Below are positions 40,224-49,036 of a DNA stretch of 64,000 nucleotides, piece by piece. Both the position numbers and the translations under genes were made by a program. Source of the stretch: Candidatus Poribacteria bacterium (GTDB lineage Bacteria > Poribacteria > WGA-4E > WGA-3G); contig OY282386.1 of assembly GCA_958295945.1 (NCBI GenBank), forward strand, positions 3,381,126 through 3,445,125, written 5' to 3'. The notes beneath the pieces are model-generated. The model had not been told where the DNA came from. It saw only the letters and a list, made by a program, of their open reading frames with translations, and ran no database searches. Within the stretch, counting starts at the first letter, position 1. Each line of letters opens with the position of its first letter.

Positions 40224-40769
40224 TTAAACTCCTTTTCTGAAGGTAAAGTTCTCAGCAACAACAAACCGATCATTCGTTTCTGTGGACCTATAAATCAGTG
40301 ATAGAGAATCTGCTGAATACTGTATTGGTTTCCACTCATTTTGCAATTTCTGTTGTGCTTTGTCAAGTGAACCGTGTGCAAATTGCCCAACAGATAGATG
40401 AGGATTGAATCCACCGGAAAATCTTGCGGTATCGTCGTAGTCAGGTAGTTGTTGTGTCAATGTTCTGTGCAAATCCACAATTGCGTCTTTAGGTTCGGGG
40501 ACCAGGAAAAGCGTACATGATTTACGATGTTTAAATGCATCGAATGATGCAAATGATATAGAAAACGGATCAGTCTGTTGAGCAGCTTCTGCAAGTGATG
40601 GGATTATATCTTGGAATTCTTGCTGTGGTGCAAATGGATAGAGCAATGTTATGTGCGGCATCCAACGCTCATAGTTGCGATCATGAATCTTACGTATGGT
40701 TTGGATAGGGGGTTGTATCGCTTCGGGTGGGATGAGGACAACGGCTGTGGTATGTGTTTTGTTTGGCAT
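40224..40769 (-). CDS. 2H phosphoesterase (2'-5' RNA ligase family)
   Basis: Two HxT/S motifs, PHITL and PHLSV. Confidence 0.85.
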   Translation of the reverse strand: MPNKTHTTAVVLIPPEAIQPPIQTIRKIHDRNYERWMPHITLLYPFAPQQEFQDIIPSLAEAAQQTDPFSISFASFDAFKHRKSCTLFLVPEPKDAIVDLHRTLTQQLPDYDDTARFSGGFNPHLSVGQFAHGSLDKAQQKLQNEWKPIQYSADSLSLIYRSTETNDRFVVAENFTFRKGV

Positions 40770-40783
40770 TTGGCAATCGGACA

Positions 40784-40806
40784 ATCGGGTTGAAAACCCC
40801 TCCTAC
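40784..40806. repeat. GTAG-type REP
   Basis: Minus strand reads GTAGGAGGGGTTTTCAACCCGAT. Confidence 0.65.
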
Positions 40807-40833
40807 AATATTCTTATGTTAGAAACTTTCCTG

Positions 40834-41607
40834 CTACGTCTTTGCACTGGCTCCGCCATCAACAAGAAGTGAGGTGCCAGTTATCCATTCAGCATCATCA
40901 GAAGCAAAGAATACAGCGGCACGTCCGATGTCTTTGGGTAGACCTAATCGTTGCATCGGTGTTTTTTCCAATGAGGACTCAATCTGTTCAAGTGTAAGAT
41001 AATCTTGTATTGCAGTCTCAATATATCCTGGTGAGATTGCATTGACTGTGATTCCAAATTTTCCCACCTCTAATGCAGTGTCCTTAGCCATATTGATGAC
41101 CGCTGCTTTTGCAGATGCGTAGGCAGGACCCGCGCCACCACGATATGCATGGACAGACGCAATTTGGATAATCCGTCCATATTTTGACTTTTTCAGGTGG
41201 GGGATAGTCAGTTTAGTAGTTAGGAAAACACCTCTCAGATTTACTCCCACAACTTTGTCCCACTCAGCAATAGATATGTCTTGTGAACCACCGGGAATGT
41301 GGATTCCCGCATTGTTGACAAAAATATCTACTCCACCGAAATGATCAACAGTTTGCTGGACCAGTTCGGTAACCTGAGATTCATCGGAGACATCAGATTG
41401 GATGAATGTCCCTTGAGCACCTAATTTCTCTATTTCTTGGACGGTGGGTGTAGATGTGTCTTTTTCGTGATATTTGCCTTGCAGTGGGGATTCTCGTCTG
41501 TCAGCGATGACCACGTTAGCACCTTCACGTGCGAATTCAAGCGCGATTCCCCGTCCTATACCTGAACTCCCGCCTGTTACAATGCTGATACGATCTTTGA
41601 GAAGCAT
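40834..41607 (-). CDS. Short-chain dehydrogenase/reductase
   Basis: TGGSSGIG, NNAG and YASAK motifs. Confidence 0.92.
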   Translation of the reverse strand: MLLKDRISIVTGGSSGIGRGIALEFAREGANVVIADRRESPLQGKYHEKDTSTPTVQEIEKLGAQGTFIQSDVSDESQVTELVQQTVDHFGGVDIFVNNAGIHIPGGSQDISIAEWDKVVGVNLRGVFLTTKLTIPHLKKSKYGRIIQIASVHAYRGGAGPAYASAKAAVINMAKDTALEVGKFGITVNAISPGYIETAIQDYLTLEQIESSLEKTPMQRLGLPKDIGRAAVFFASDDAEWITGTSLLVDGGASAKT

Positions 41608-41619
41608 GAATGCTTTCCT

Positions 41620-44600
41620 TTAGTTTACAATAGCGTGTGTTTCTGTGTATATGCTATTTCCCTCACCGTAGTACGAGTCGTAGATGTGTTGATATATTGC
41701 TTCTGATTTCTGACCGAACATTTTTGCGTCATAACATTCGGGAAGTCCTTCATCCAAAGTTGTTTGAACTGTGGATTTAACCTTAGCGCGTAACTGTTGT
41801 TGTTTCCGCCAATCTAAAACCAAGTGCGTTTGTTTGAGAGTCTCAAGTAATTCCCTTACAGCAGTTTTTACTTCTTCGCGCTGTGGTACAGTCAAGTGTG
41901 GTTCAGGCTGAGTTAGAAGATCATATAATGCTAATTCCTCCTCTGATAGTTCTTCGTTATCGGCACGTTGTTCCTCTTCACTGAGTGACTCAAGAAAAGC
42001 AAGGATTTCTTGAAGATGTCCATCATCGGTTATATGACCTTCGTTGTATTCTGCGATCATCTGTTCAAATTTCTCTTGTAGATCAATTCGGGTTCTGTTA
42101 AGTTGAATCATTACCTTGAGTTTTCTATTTATTCCACCCTTTAATTTTTCAGCTTGTGTGCGTTTATGCTCTGTGTTGAATTGTTCTGCCAGTTGTTCAA
42201 AGTCAATTTGGCTTAAGTCAATTAGTTCTGTGTCATAAGTTGTTCTGCCGGCATTGATAATATATCCTTCTGGCGCGATTGACTGGTCAAGGAGTTCTTC
42301 AATCTCGTCTGTGACATCGGAAATGTCAACTGGTTCACTAAGGCTTCTAATCTTTCTTGCAATGATGTTGATTAATGAACAAATTCCGCTGAACTCATTC
42401 GCTGCTGTGTCAGGTAAAATTGCTTTGAAGAGTTTATAGACATTACGCGCCTGTTCAAGAAAATTCCGTTTAGTCTCATCGTTTACAAGGATGAGGTCTA
42501 TTGCATTGTCAATCAATTGAATCCGCTGTGAACTATCCGCTGCTTCAATAGCTGTCAAGTCTATTCCAAGGTTGTTACAAAACTCTGAGATTGCCATGAC
42601 CGCTTCTCTGAGTTCTTCAATAAGTTTTGACTTATCCGCAATAGGACTGCTGCCATCTCCGTTGGATCCTGTGGCATATATAGCGAGTGCTTTTTCAAGG
42701 CTCCGAAAAACACCGATATAATCAACAATCAAACCACTTACTTTGTCTTTATACACACGATTGGCTCTTGCAATCGTTTGCATCAATGTATGGTTACGTT
42801 GCGGTTTGTCGAGATAGATTGTTGAACATGAAGGGACATCAAAACCTGTGGTCCACATTGCACAGAGGAAAACGATACGGAATGGGTCTTCTGGGTTTTT
42901 GAATTTGGAGTCCAAATCCTCCCTGACCATGCGTTGTCGGTGAGGTATGATGTCAACCCCTTTCCCTCTCAGATCGTCAATTTCGTTTTGTGTTTGTGAC
43001 ACCACCACTGCCATATCGGTTTCTTCCATATACTGAATTAAAGCCTCAAGTTGTTTCTCTTTGTCTCTTGCAACGCCACTGTCGAATTCTGATCTCAGAG
43101 ATTGAAGTTCCTGTTTCCAGTACGTCTGTACTTTGTCGTACATTTTAACTGCAGTAGGTTTATCAATTGAGATAACCATCGCCTTACCACGATAACCTCT
43201 GCCGATAAAGTGTGAAACGATGTCTTCTGCAACTTTTTCTAACCGTTCATCCCGCGTGATGAGGTGATACTCACGCGCAAACTCGCGTTCCAGTCTTGCT
43301 TCTTGTGCTTCATCCAATGCCGCTTCCTCAAGAATCCGTTCAAGATCGGTATTTAAGTCGTTATTTGTCAATTGCAGTCTAGGTACGCGGTTCTCATAGT
43401 AGAGTGGGACGGTTGCATTATCCTCTATAGATTGCTTAAAATCGTAAACCGACACTTCGTCTCCGAACACTTCACGCGTCTTTTCTTCACCTGCCATTAG
43501 CGGTGTACCTGTAAACGCAATATATGCAGCATTAGGGAGTGCTGTTCGCATGTTCAACGCCAATGTGTCATATTGGCTGCGGTGTGCTTCATCGGTGATG
43601 ACGATAATGTCGGATCGATCAGAGAGTACGGGGTGTGGTTCGTTATCTTGTGTCTGAAATTTCTGAATGAGCGTGAAAATATATCGGTGATCCTGACTGA
43701 GCAGTTGGCGAAGATGTACTATATTTTCTGCATGCCCCTCTTGTTGTGTAAGAACTCCACTTGCACTCGCAAATGTTTTGTATATCTGATTATCCAATTC
43801 TTTTCGGTCTGTCACCACAACGAAGGACCAGTGTCCTTGCATCTTTCTGAGTACTTTCTGTGCAAAGAAGATCATTGAGACACTTTTACCACTCCCTTGT
43901 GTATGCCAAAATACACCGAGTCTCCCATAATCAGATTCGTTTTGTTGAAATGCCTTAATTGCGTTGTTTACACCCAAGTATTGATGGTTTTTTGAGATTA
44001 GTTTAATCGTACCCCCTTGGACCTCCATAAACAACGTAAAATTCTCAATAATATCCAGCAATCTATCCGGTTGGCAAACACCACGTAACAGTATTTCCAA
44101 TGAGGTATTTTGTTGTTCATCTTCACTTTCAATTCGTTTCCATTCGGTGAAGTGTTCCCATTCTGCTGTGAAACTCCCGACGCGGCTTTTTGAACCGTTA
44201 GATACGATAATCAAGGCGTTGGACCAAAAAAGGTGAGGAATTGTGTCTCTGTAGTCCCGGAGGTTGTCATTGTAGGCAGCATAAAGATTAACGTCGATCC
44301 GTTTGAACTCCATTAAGACTAAAGGAATTCCGTTGACGAAACAAATTAGATCGGGAATCCTGTTATGCATCTCGCCTGTGATTCCAAACTGCGATGCAGC
44401 GAAGAAATCATTATTCTCTGGAGTGTCCCAATCAATAACTTTCAAGGTTGAAACGGTTTCTTCTTCAGTGTTGGGTTCGGTGATTGATACGTTCACACCG
44501 TCTTTCAGTAGATTATAGATTTCCCGATTTGCTTCAACAGGATTCATGACAGCGCGAGATTGCGTTAATTCTTCTATGGCAGCCTCAATAGCATCTATTG

Positions 44601-44799
44601 AGGCATCAGGATTGAGACGTACTAATGCTGCACGGAGTCTTTCTGTGAGGACAACATCAGATTTTGCTTCTCTCCCTATCGGACTTACGTTACCGTATTG
44701 AAATTCATGGGTGCAGTTGTGGTGTTGCCATCCCATATCTTCAAGAATTGAGATTGCTGTCTGTTCAATGAGTCGGTTTTCACTGTAGGGGTTTTGCAT
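41620..44799 (-). CDS. hsdR: Type I restriction endonuclease subunit R
   Basis: PD...EFK nuclease motif, HTQGSGKS, DEAH, FTGTP, TGFD and QTIARANR motifs. Confidence 0.95.
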   Translation of the reverse strand: MQNPYSENRLIEQTAISILEDMGWQHHNCTHEFQYGNVSPIGREAKSDVVLTERLRAALVRLNPDASIDAIEAAIEELTQSRAVMNPVEANREIYNLLKDGVNVSITEPNTEEETVSTLKVIDWDTPENNDFFAASQFGITGEMHNRIPDLICFVNGIPLVLMEFKRIDVNLYAAYNDNLRDYRDTIPHLFWSNALIIVSNGSKSRVGSFTAEWEHFTEWKRIESEDEQQNTSLEILLRGVCQPDRLLDIIENFTLFMEVQGGTIKLISKNHQYLGVNNAIKAFQQNESDYGRLGVFWHTQGSGKSVSMIFFAQKVLRKMQGHWSFVVVTDRKELDNQIYKTFASASGVLTQQEGHAENIVHLRQLLSQDHRYIFTLIQKFQTQDNEPHPVLSDRSDIIVITDEAHRSQYDTLALNMRTALPNAAYIAFTGTPLMAGEEKTREVFGDEVSVYDFKQSIEDNATVPLYYENRVPRLQLTNNDLNTDLERILEEAALDEAQEARLEREFAREYHLITRDERLEKVAEDIVSHFIGRGYRGKAMVISIDKPTAVKMYDKVQTYWKQELQSLRSEFDSGVARDKEKQLEALIQYMEETDMAVVVSQTQNEIDDLRGKGVDIIPHRQRMVREDLDSKFKNPEDPFRIVFLCAMWTTGFDVPSCSTIYLDKPQRNHTLMQTIARANRVYKDKVSGLIVDYIGVFRSLEKALAIYATGSNGDGSSPIADKSKLIEELREAVMAISEFCNNLGIDLTAIEAADSSQRIQLIDNAIDLILVNDETKRNFLEQARNVYKLFKAILPDTAANEFSGICSLINIIARKIRSLSEPVDISDVTDEIEELLDQSIAPEGYIINAGRTTYDTELIDLSQIDFEQLAEQFNTEHKRTQAEKLKGGINRKLKVMIQLNRTRIDLQEKFEQMIAEYNEGHITDDGHLQEILAFLESLSEEEQRADNEELSEEELALYDLLTQPEPHLTVPQREEVKTAVRELLETLKQTHLVLDWRKQQQLRAKVKSTVQTTLDEGLPECYDAKMFGQKSEAIYQHIYDSYYGEGNSIYTETHAIVN

Positions 44800-45053
44800 G
44801 ATTCATGTAATAGTCTTGTATCTAACGATAGGCGTTTCGACGATGTTTGATTCGATAAATGTCAACACGCCGATGTTGATCGTCTATTTGATATAGAATT
44901 CGGTATATCCCAACGCGTATTCGCCAATGGGAACCGCTTTGTCCCGTGAGTTTTACAACTCCACGTGGCCGTGGATTATATCTCAATTGCTCGAACACAG
45001 CATCAATACGTCTGATAACGTCTTGTGGCAAACGCCGTAATTCTCGTTCCACA

Positions 45054-45250
45054 CGCGGCGTTGCATGGACAGTTTGACATACTCCCCAAGCTAAAGCATG
45101 GGGATTCTTTACCCGCTTATAGCGAACTTCCTTGGGTTTAAGCCAAGGCAACTGAGGTGCCAGTTGAATTTGACACCGAGGGGACTGCCAGGGTCCCGAC
45201 TAACAGGGGTATTTGTCACCCCAGATACTTTTTTGTGAATGTTTATTGCG
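45054..45250 (-). ncRNA. Predicted TnpB omega/reRNA (scaffold overlapping the tnpB 3' end, plus guide from the flank)
   Basis: Inferred from established TnpB biology. The 5' boundary is a guess. The scaffold ends at TCAA (45074). Confidence 0.5.
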
Positions 45251-46293
45251 CCGACACCATCACGGTGATATTTGAAATCACATTTGTTGCAGTGATAGTT
45301 TCGGTTGTTTGGTTTCTTTCTATGTCCGCACTTTGGACAAGTTTGTGAGGTATAGGCTTCTGATACAGAAACAACTTTTATACCAACAAGTTCGGCTTTA
45401 TATTTGATTTTATCTGCTATTCGTGCGAAAGCCCATTGATGCAGTTTCTGATTAGACTTTTTAGAATACTTGATATTATCTCTCATATGCATGAGGTCGC
45501 CAATCACAATCGTATCCGCCTTCGCTCTTTGGCAGTCGGATATAAAGCGTGAAGTGATTTTGTGTTCAGCATCTTTGATTTGTGCATCAAGTTTATCTAA
45601 AGTTCTTTGTTTTGCTTTACGAAGTTTATACCATTTTCGTGATCGTTTCGGACAGGTGTCCATAGCATTCTGTATTTGTGCTTTGAGTTTGTTTCTGTAT
45701 CGGACGATAGACCGCAAAAAATGACCATTGTAGATAGTAGTGCGCCTACCATCAAAACTAACAATCGGGTGAATTTCACCCATATCAACAGAGACAGTTA
45801 TACCTGTCTCTTGTTTCGGAGGAACATCAACTTTATAGACAAGTCCGAAGTGGTAGTGTCCACGATGGAAGGACATTTCAACATACTTCGGTTTTTCTTG
45901 CATATTCTCAAGGATTACAGGTGCTCTACCTTTACCGTTAGAAAGCATCAGTTGTCCATCTTTTAGGCGGATCGCACTTGACTTCCAACGCACTTTGAAA
46001 TATCTTGGTGTCCGTTTAGGTGGTTTCGCATCAGGATTAGACTTTCTCACTTGAAAGAAACTTTTAAGACTTTCAAAATAGGATTCAGCACAAGCCTGTA
46101 TAGTTTGAGAATGCAATAGATACCCTTTGTTTTTGATGTATTTCTTAACGCCACTTTCAGAAAGCCAAAAACCTTTCTGTTTGAAAGTCTTTCTAACAAG
46201 TGATACTACTTTTGAATAGCAACGACCCGATGCACGAGCAAGATTGTCTAATTGTTGAGTTTTCTTATGTTTCATAGTTTTTGTGATATACAT
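45109..46293 (-). CDS. tnpB: TnpB RNA-guided nuclease
   Basis: RuvC-I VDMG, CPKCG/CNKC zinc ribbon, RuvC-III HRD..GAINI. Start taken at ATG 46293. Confidence 0.92.
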   Translation of the reverse strand: MYITKTMKHKKTQQLDNLARASGRCYSKVVSLVRKTFKQKGFWLSESGVKKYIKNKGYLLHSQTIQACAESYFESLKSFFQVRKSNPDAKPPKRTPRYFKVRWKSSAIRLKDGQLMLSNGKGRAPVILENMQEKPKYVEMSFHRGHYHFGLVYKVDVPPKQETGITVSVDMGEIHPIVSFDGRRTTIYNGHFLRSIVRYRNKLKAQIQNAMDTCPKRSRKWYKLRKAKQRTLDKLDAQIKDAEHKITSRFISDCQRAKADTIVIGDLMHMRDNIKYSKKSNQKLHQWAFARIADKIKYKAELVGIKVVSVSEAYTSQTCPKCGHRKKPNNRNYHCNKCDFKYHRDGVGAINIHKKVSGVTNTPVSRDPGSPLGVKFNWHLSCLGLNPRKFAISG

Positions 46294-46388
46294 TGCTTTA
46301 CCTTTACCTTTACATTGCTTTGCCACTTTCAAGGGGTGTGGTGGCACTCTCAAGCGAGAGGTGAAATCCACCACAGCAATGTCTGAAG

Positions 46389-46417
46389 AATATACCACAT
46401 TGGACACACAATGTCAA
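46389..46417 (-). promoter_or_regulatory. sigma70 promoter of tnpB
   Basis: TTGACA-17 bp-TATATT with TG extension. Confidence 0.7.
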
Positions 46418-46512
46418 GTGTTTTTCTTGACACAACAAAGGCGGTGTGGACATCCCCGAGCTAAAGCAACGGGGTTTTGACACCGAATGAAATGGATAAA
46501 TCGCTGGTGTAC

Positions 46513-46719
46513 TCAAAGTTTTCCTTCTTTAATCAAGTCGGCGCGAATATCTTGATAGTCGCGAAACTCTGTTTCGGTTTCGATCGCAGCGTCCATCTCT
46601 AAAGTATCTTCTAAGTCTTCAAGCCGCTGCATGAGCAGTTGGAATTCTTTGATTGTCAGGAGCGCAGCGGTTTTTTCGCCTTTGTCATCAACAAGATATT
46701 GTGGGTTGATTTTGAGCAT
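46513..46719 (-). CDS. Putative antitoxin partner of RelE
   Basis: PQYLVDDKGEKTAALL...LEDLED motif, with its stop overlapping the relE start. Confidence 0.75.
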   Translation of the reverse strand: MLKINPQYLVDDKGEKTAALLTIKEFQLLMQRLEDLEDTLEMDAAIETETEFRDYQDIRADLIKEGKL

Positions 46720-46749
46720 AAGTATCCATCCTTCAGTTATATTGATATA

Positions 46750-47160
46750 TTATCGTGAAAATTGAGCATAGAAATCCGCGGCTGTTACAATTTGGATGTT
46801 TCGATAGTTTCTCAGTGGTAAAAGGTGCCGACGATCTCCAGTCACAATGTGGGTAGCTGAACCGACAACGGCACATTCAATTATCTTGTTATCGTCTGGA
46901 TCTGCATCAACAACCTTGAGTGTATTGTTAATCTGGATTATCCTCAGGAAACCACGGAAATCTTCAAACGTATTTGCCGTTTCGGTAGACGTAAAATTAA
47001 GTTTTGTTGTAAGTTTATCTTCCAATTCGCTCAATATTTCCATGCATGTTAATCCATCAACTTTTCCGTGGCGTGCTAAATCGAGGCAGTGCCCTGGGAT
47101 ACCTCCCCAACCGATGCTGGATAATAAAATATTTGTATCATAAACAACTATCGGGAACAT
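46750..47160 (-). CDS. PIN-domain toxin (PIN_3 type)
   Basis: VYDTNIL, DPDDNKIIECA and IVTGDRRHLL motifs. Confidence 0.88.
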   Translation of the reverse strand: MFPIVVYDTNILLSSIGWGGIPGHCLDLARHGKVDGLTCMEILSELEDKLTTKLNFTSTETANTFEDFRGFLRIIQINNTLKVVDADPDDNKIIECAVVGSATHIVTGDRRHLLPLRNYRNIQIVTAADFYAQFSR

Positions 47161-47699
47161 TCACGATCCTCATGAATGAGGTCATTAACAAACCTTTCAC
47201 GATCAGTTTCAGTCATTTCCTCCCAATCTAAACCGCGCGAAGTGCATAACTTCCGAAATTGCGCTTCAGCATAATCCATACGTGCTGCCCGGCCGGGGTC
47301 TTCAATTCCGAGATGTGCTCTCCGCAGTCGCGACTCAAGCTCCTGAACCCCTGGTGCGAAAAATACTTTGCCAGCGAACCCTGGGTCCGTAACTATCTGT
47401 TTGATCTGGTTGACGAGTACCTCTAATTCTTGGGGTTGCTGGCACGTTAATATTTGACTATCGCTATCAAGAAAGAAGATAACGTAGTCATCCTGCCTAA
47501 GGTAATTCCGAATAGTCTTTTTAAGTTGGCCATTCAATGATGTTTTATCTTTCCTATTGGACATCAAAAACCCTTTGCTATCAACTGCCTGGACAGACAG
47601 ATCATTCAATTTCAAGTTTGTCGCTATATTATTTACCAAAGTTTTAAGTGCTTCAACATCATAATCGGATTCCACAGTCCATATTCTCACGTTTACCAT
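47148..47699 (-). CDS. Hypothetical protein: DUF4276/TOPRIM-like N-terminus with an antitoxin-like C-terminal tail
   Basis: VE...D, FFLDSD and VQELES motifs, then RKLCTSRGLDWEEMTETDRERFVNDLIHED overlapping the PIN start. Confidence 0.5.
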   Translation of the reverse strand: MVNVRIWTVESDYDVEALKTLVNNIATNLKLNDLSVQAVDSKGFLMSNRKDKTSLNGQLKKTIRNYLRQDDYVIFFLDSDSQILTCQQPQELEVLVNQIKQIVTDPGFAGKVFFAPGVQELESRLRRAHLGIEDPGRAARMDYAEAQFRKLCTSRGLDWEEMTETDRERFVNDLIHEDRECSR

Positions 47700-47783
47700 G
47701 TCGATTCCTCCAATAAGTCTTGTGGTGTGAAAATAGCAATATCAATACTGAAATCTATAATTGAACCGTACGTTCTTGTTGAT

Positions 47784-47813
47784 ATTATACATCTTCACGG
47801 TTGTGCTTGTCAA
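47784..47813 (-). promoter_or_regulatory. Consensus sigma70 promoter between hsdS and the TA cargo
   Basis: TTGACA-18 bp-TATAAT. Confidence 0.7.
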
Positions 47814-47832
47814 TTGCTTTCAGAGTGGCGAA

Positions 47833-49011
47833 CTAAATTGGGTTGTCTCTGTCAATATCAAGGTCGGATACGTCTATTTCGCCAGAGATGAGCTTGGGGA
47901 GGAGTAGGTCGCGGGTTTGGCGGAGGTTGGCGTTTTTCAGTTTTAACGCTGTAATGTTTTCAAAATTGGGTTCAATCATTTGGTCAAATTTTTTTAACAA
48001 TTTTTGTGGAGGCAAAATGACTGGAATTCTATTCAAATTTTGTTGGTTAATCTTTGGCTGTGCGGCACCGGTAACATAACCTAAAATGGCTACATTGGAC
48101 ATAAACAAATAAAGGAAATTTGTCGAAATTGGTGCCTCTCCTTGGACAACATGTGTATGATTATTTACCCAGAACTTTCCAGTTACTAACTGCAGCACAG
48201 GTTTTCCATCCTCAGTAACAACGCTACCATCTTCACCAATTAATAAATACCTTCCATCAAATAAATAATCGTTGATATGATCCAATACTTTAGCAGCACC
48301 ATAATATGGATATTCGCCCTGCATAGTTGATCTGACCTGTCCTGATAGTGGTTTACGCATACGATCAAAGTTTAGAGAGACCTCGCCAAATTTCTTAACC
48401 TCCCATCCCTGCGGTATCGGTCCCAACTCTGATTCTACCATCGGCACGTTTTCATGTCCGGGAAATCGGTAGTGAACAAACCATTCTCGGTAGAGAGTTT
48501 GTGCCATGTCTTCAAGGATTTTGATGCGGCGGGTGTTGTTTTCTATGAGGTCGTCGTAGGTGCTGAGGATGGCGGCGATTTTATTTCTGGATTCTGGGTA
48601 TGGAATTGGAAAATTCTTAATTGTGTCAGTTGTTAAATTCGAGAATGTTGATCCACCCGCTAAGTTAAGGAGCCCTTCAAGTTTCCATTCAAGACAGTAA
48701 CGTATAAATTTGGTTTCTAGTAAAGTCTTACCGCGAATTGAACAAACTCCACGCCCTAATGAATAGATTTGATCCGCCCAATTCATTCTCCCTGTCGAAC
48801 CACGAACACAAAAAATTAAGTCACCAATTTTGCACTCTCTCTTTGAGTCAGTTGTGTAAAGTGTGCAGTGTGGATGAGTTTCTCCAAATTCGGTTGGACC
48901 GTTTAGTAGCGATAAACCGATTCCATCATGATTGTAGGTTGTTCCTTTCGGAGAGAGTCCCATGGTAACATTAGCGATCTTACACAAGGCAACTTCAAAA
49001 TTATCAAACAT
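47833..49011 (-). CDS. hsdS: Type I R-M specificity subunit
   Basis: Two TRDs, central IAAILSTYDDLIENN...IPQGW and terminal LRQTRDLLLPKLISGEI. Confidence 0.93.
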   Translation of the reverse strand: MFDNFEVALCKIANVTMGLSPKGTTYNHDGIGLSLLNGPTEFGETHPHCTLYTTDSKRECKIGDLIFCVRGSTGRMNWADQIYSLGRGVCSIRGKTLLETKFIRYCLEWKLEGLLNLAGGSTFSNLTTDTIKNFPIPYPESRNKIAAILSTYDDLIENNTRRIKILEDMAQTLYREWFVHYRFPGHENVPMVESELGPIPQGWEVKKFGEVSLNFDRMRKPLSGQVRSTMQGEYPYYGAAKVLDHINDYLFDGRYLLIGEDGSVVTEDGKPVLQLVTGKFWVNNHTHVVQGEAPISTNFLYLFMSNVAILGYVTGAAQPKINQQNLNRIPVILPPQKLLKKFDQMIEPNFENITALKLKNANLRQTRDLLLPKLISGEIDVSDLDIDRDNPI

Positions 49012-49036
49012 ATTGAACTCTTTAAAATCACTTAGT

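Larger units (their letters stand above)
45074..46495 (-). mobile_element. IS200/IS605-family (IS1341-type, tnpB only) element, 1422 bp
   Basis: Inserted 3' of TTTAT with no TSD. Subterminal hairpins CCCCGTTGCTTTAGCTCGGGG and CCCATGCTTTAGCTTGGGG, right end TCAA. Confidence 0.9.
44822..46516 (-). pseudogene. RelE/ParE-family toxin split by a tnpB element
   Basis: Joining 46516-46496 (MSTPAIY) to 45073-44822 (TVHATPRVERELRRL...WRIRVGIYRILY...HRRNAYR) restores an in-frame 90-aa RelE. Confidence 0.85.

Noticed and set aside
45074-46495. tnpB element as a self-splicing IStron
   Set aside because: Only about 200 bp precede tnpB, and these are taken up by the end hairpin, promoter and leader. No group I intron core is recognisable.
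46310-46516. 68-aa ORF in the track
   Set aside because: It is a chimera of the first seven relE codons and the IS left end.
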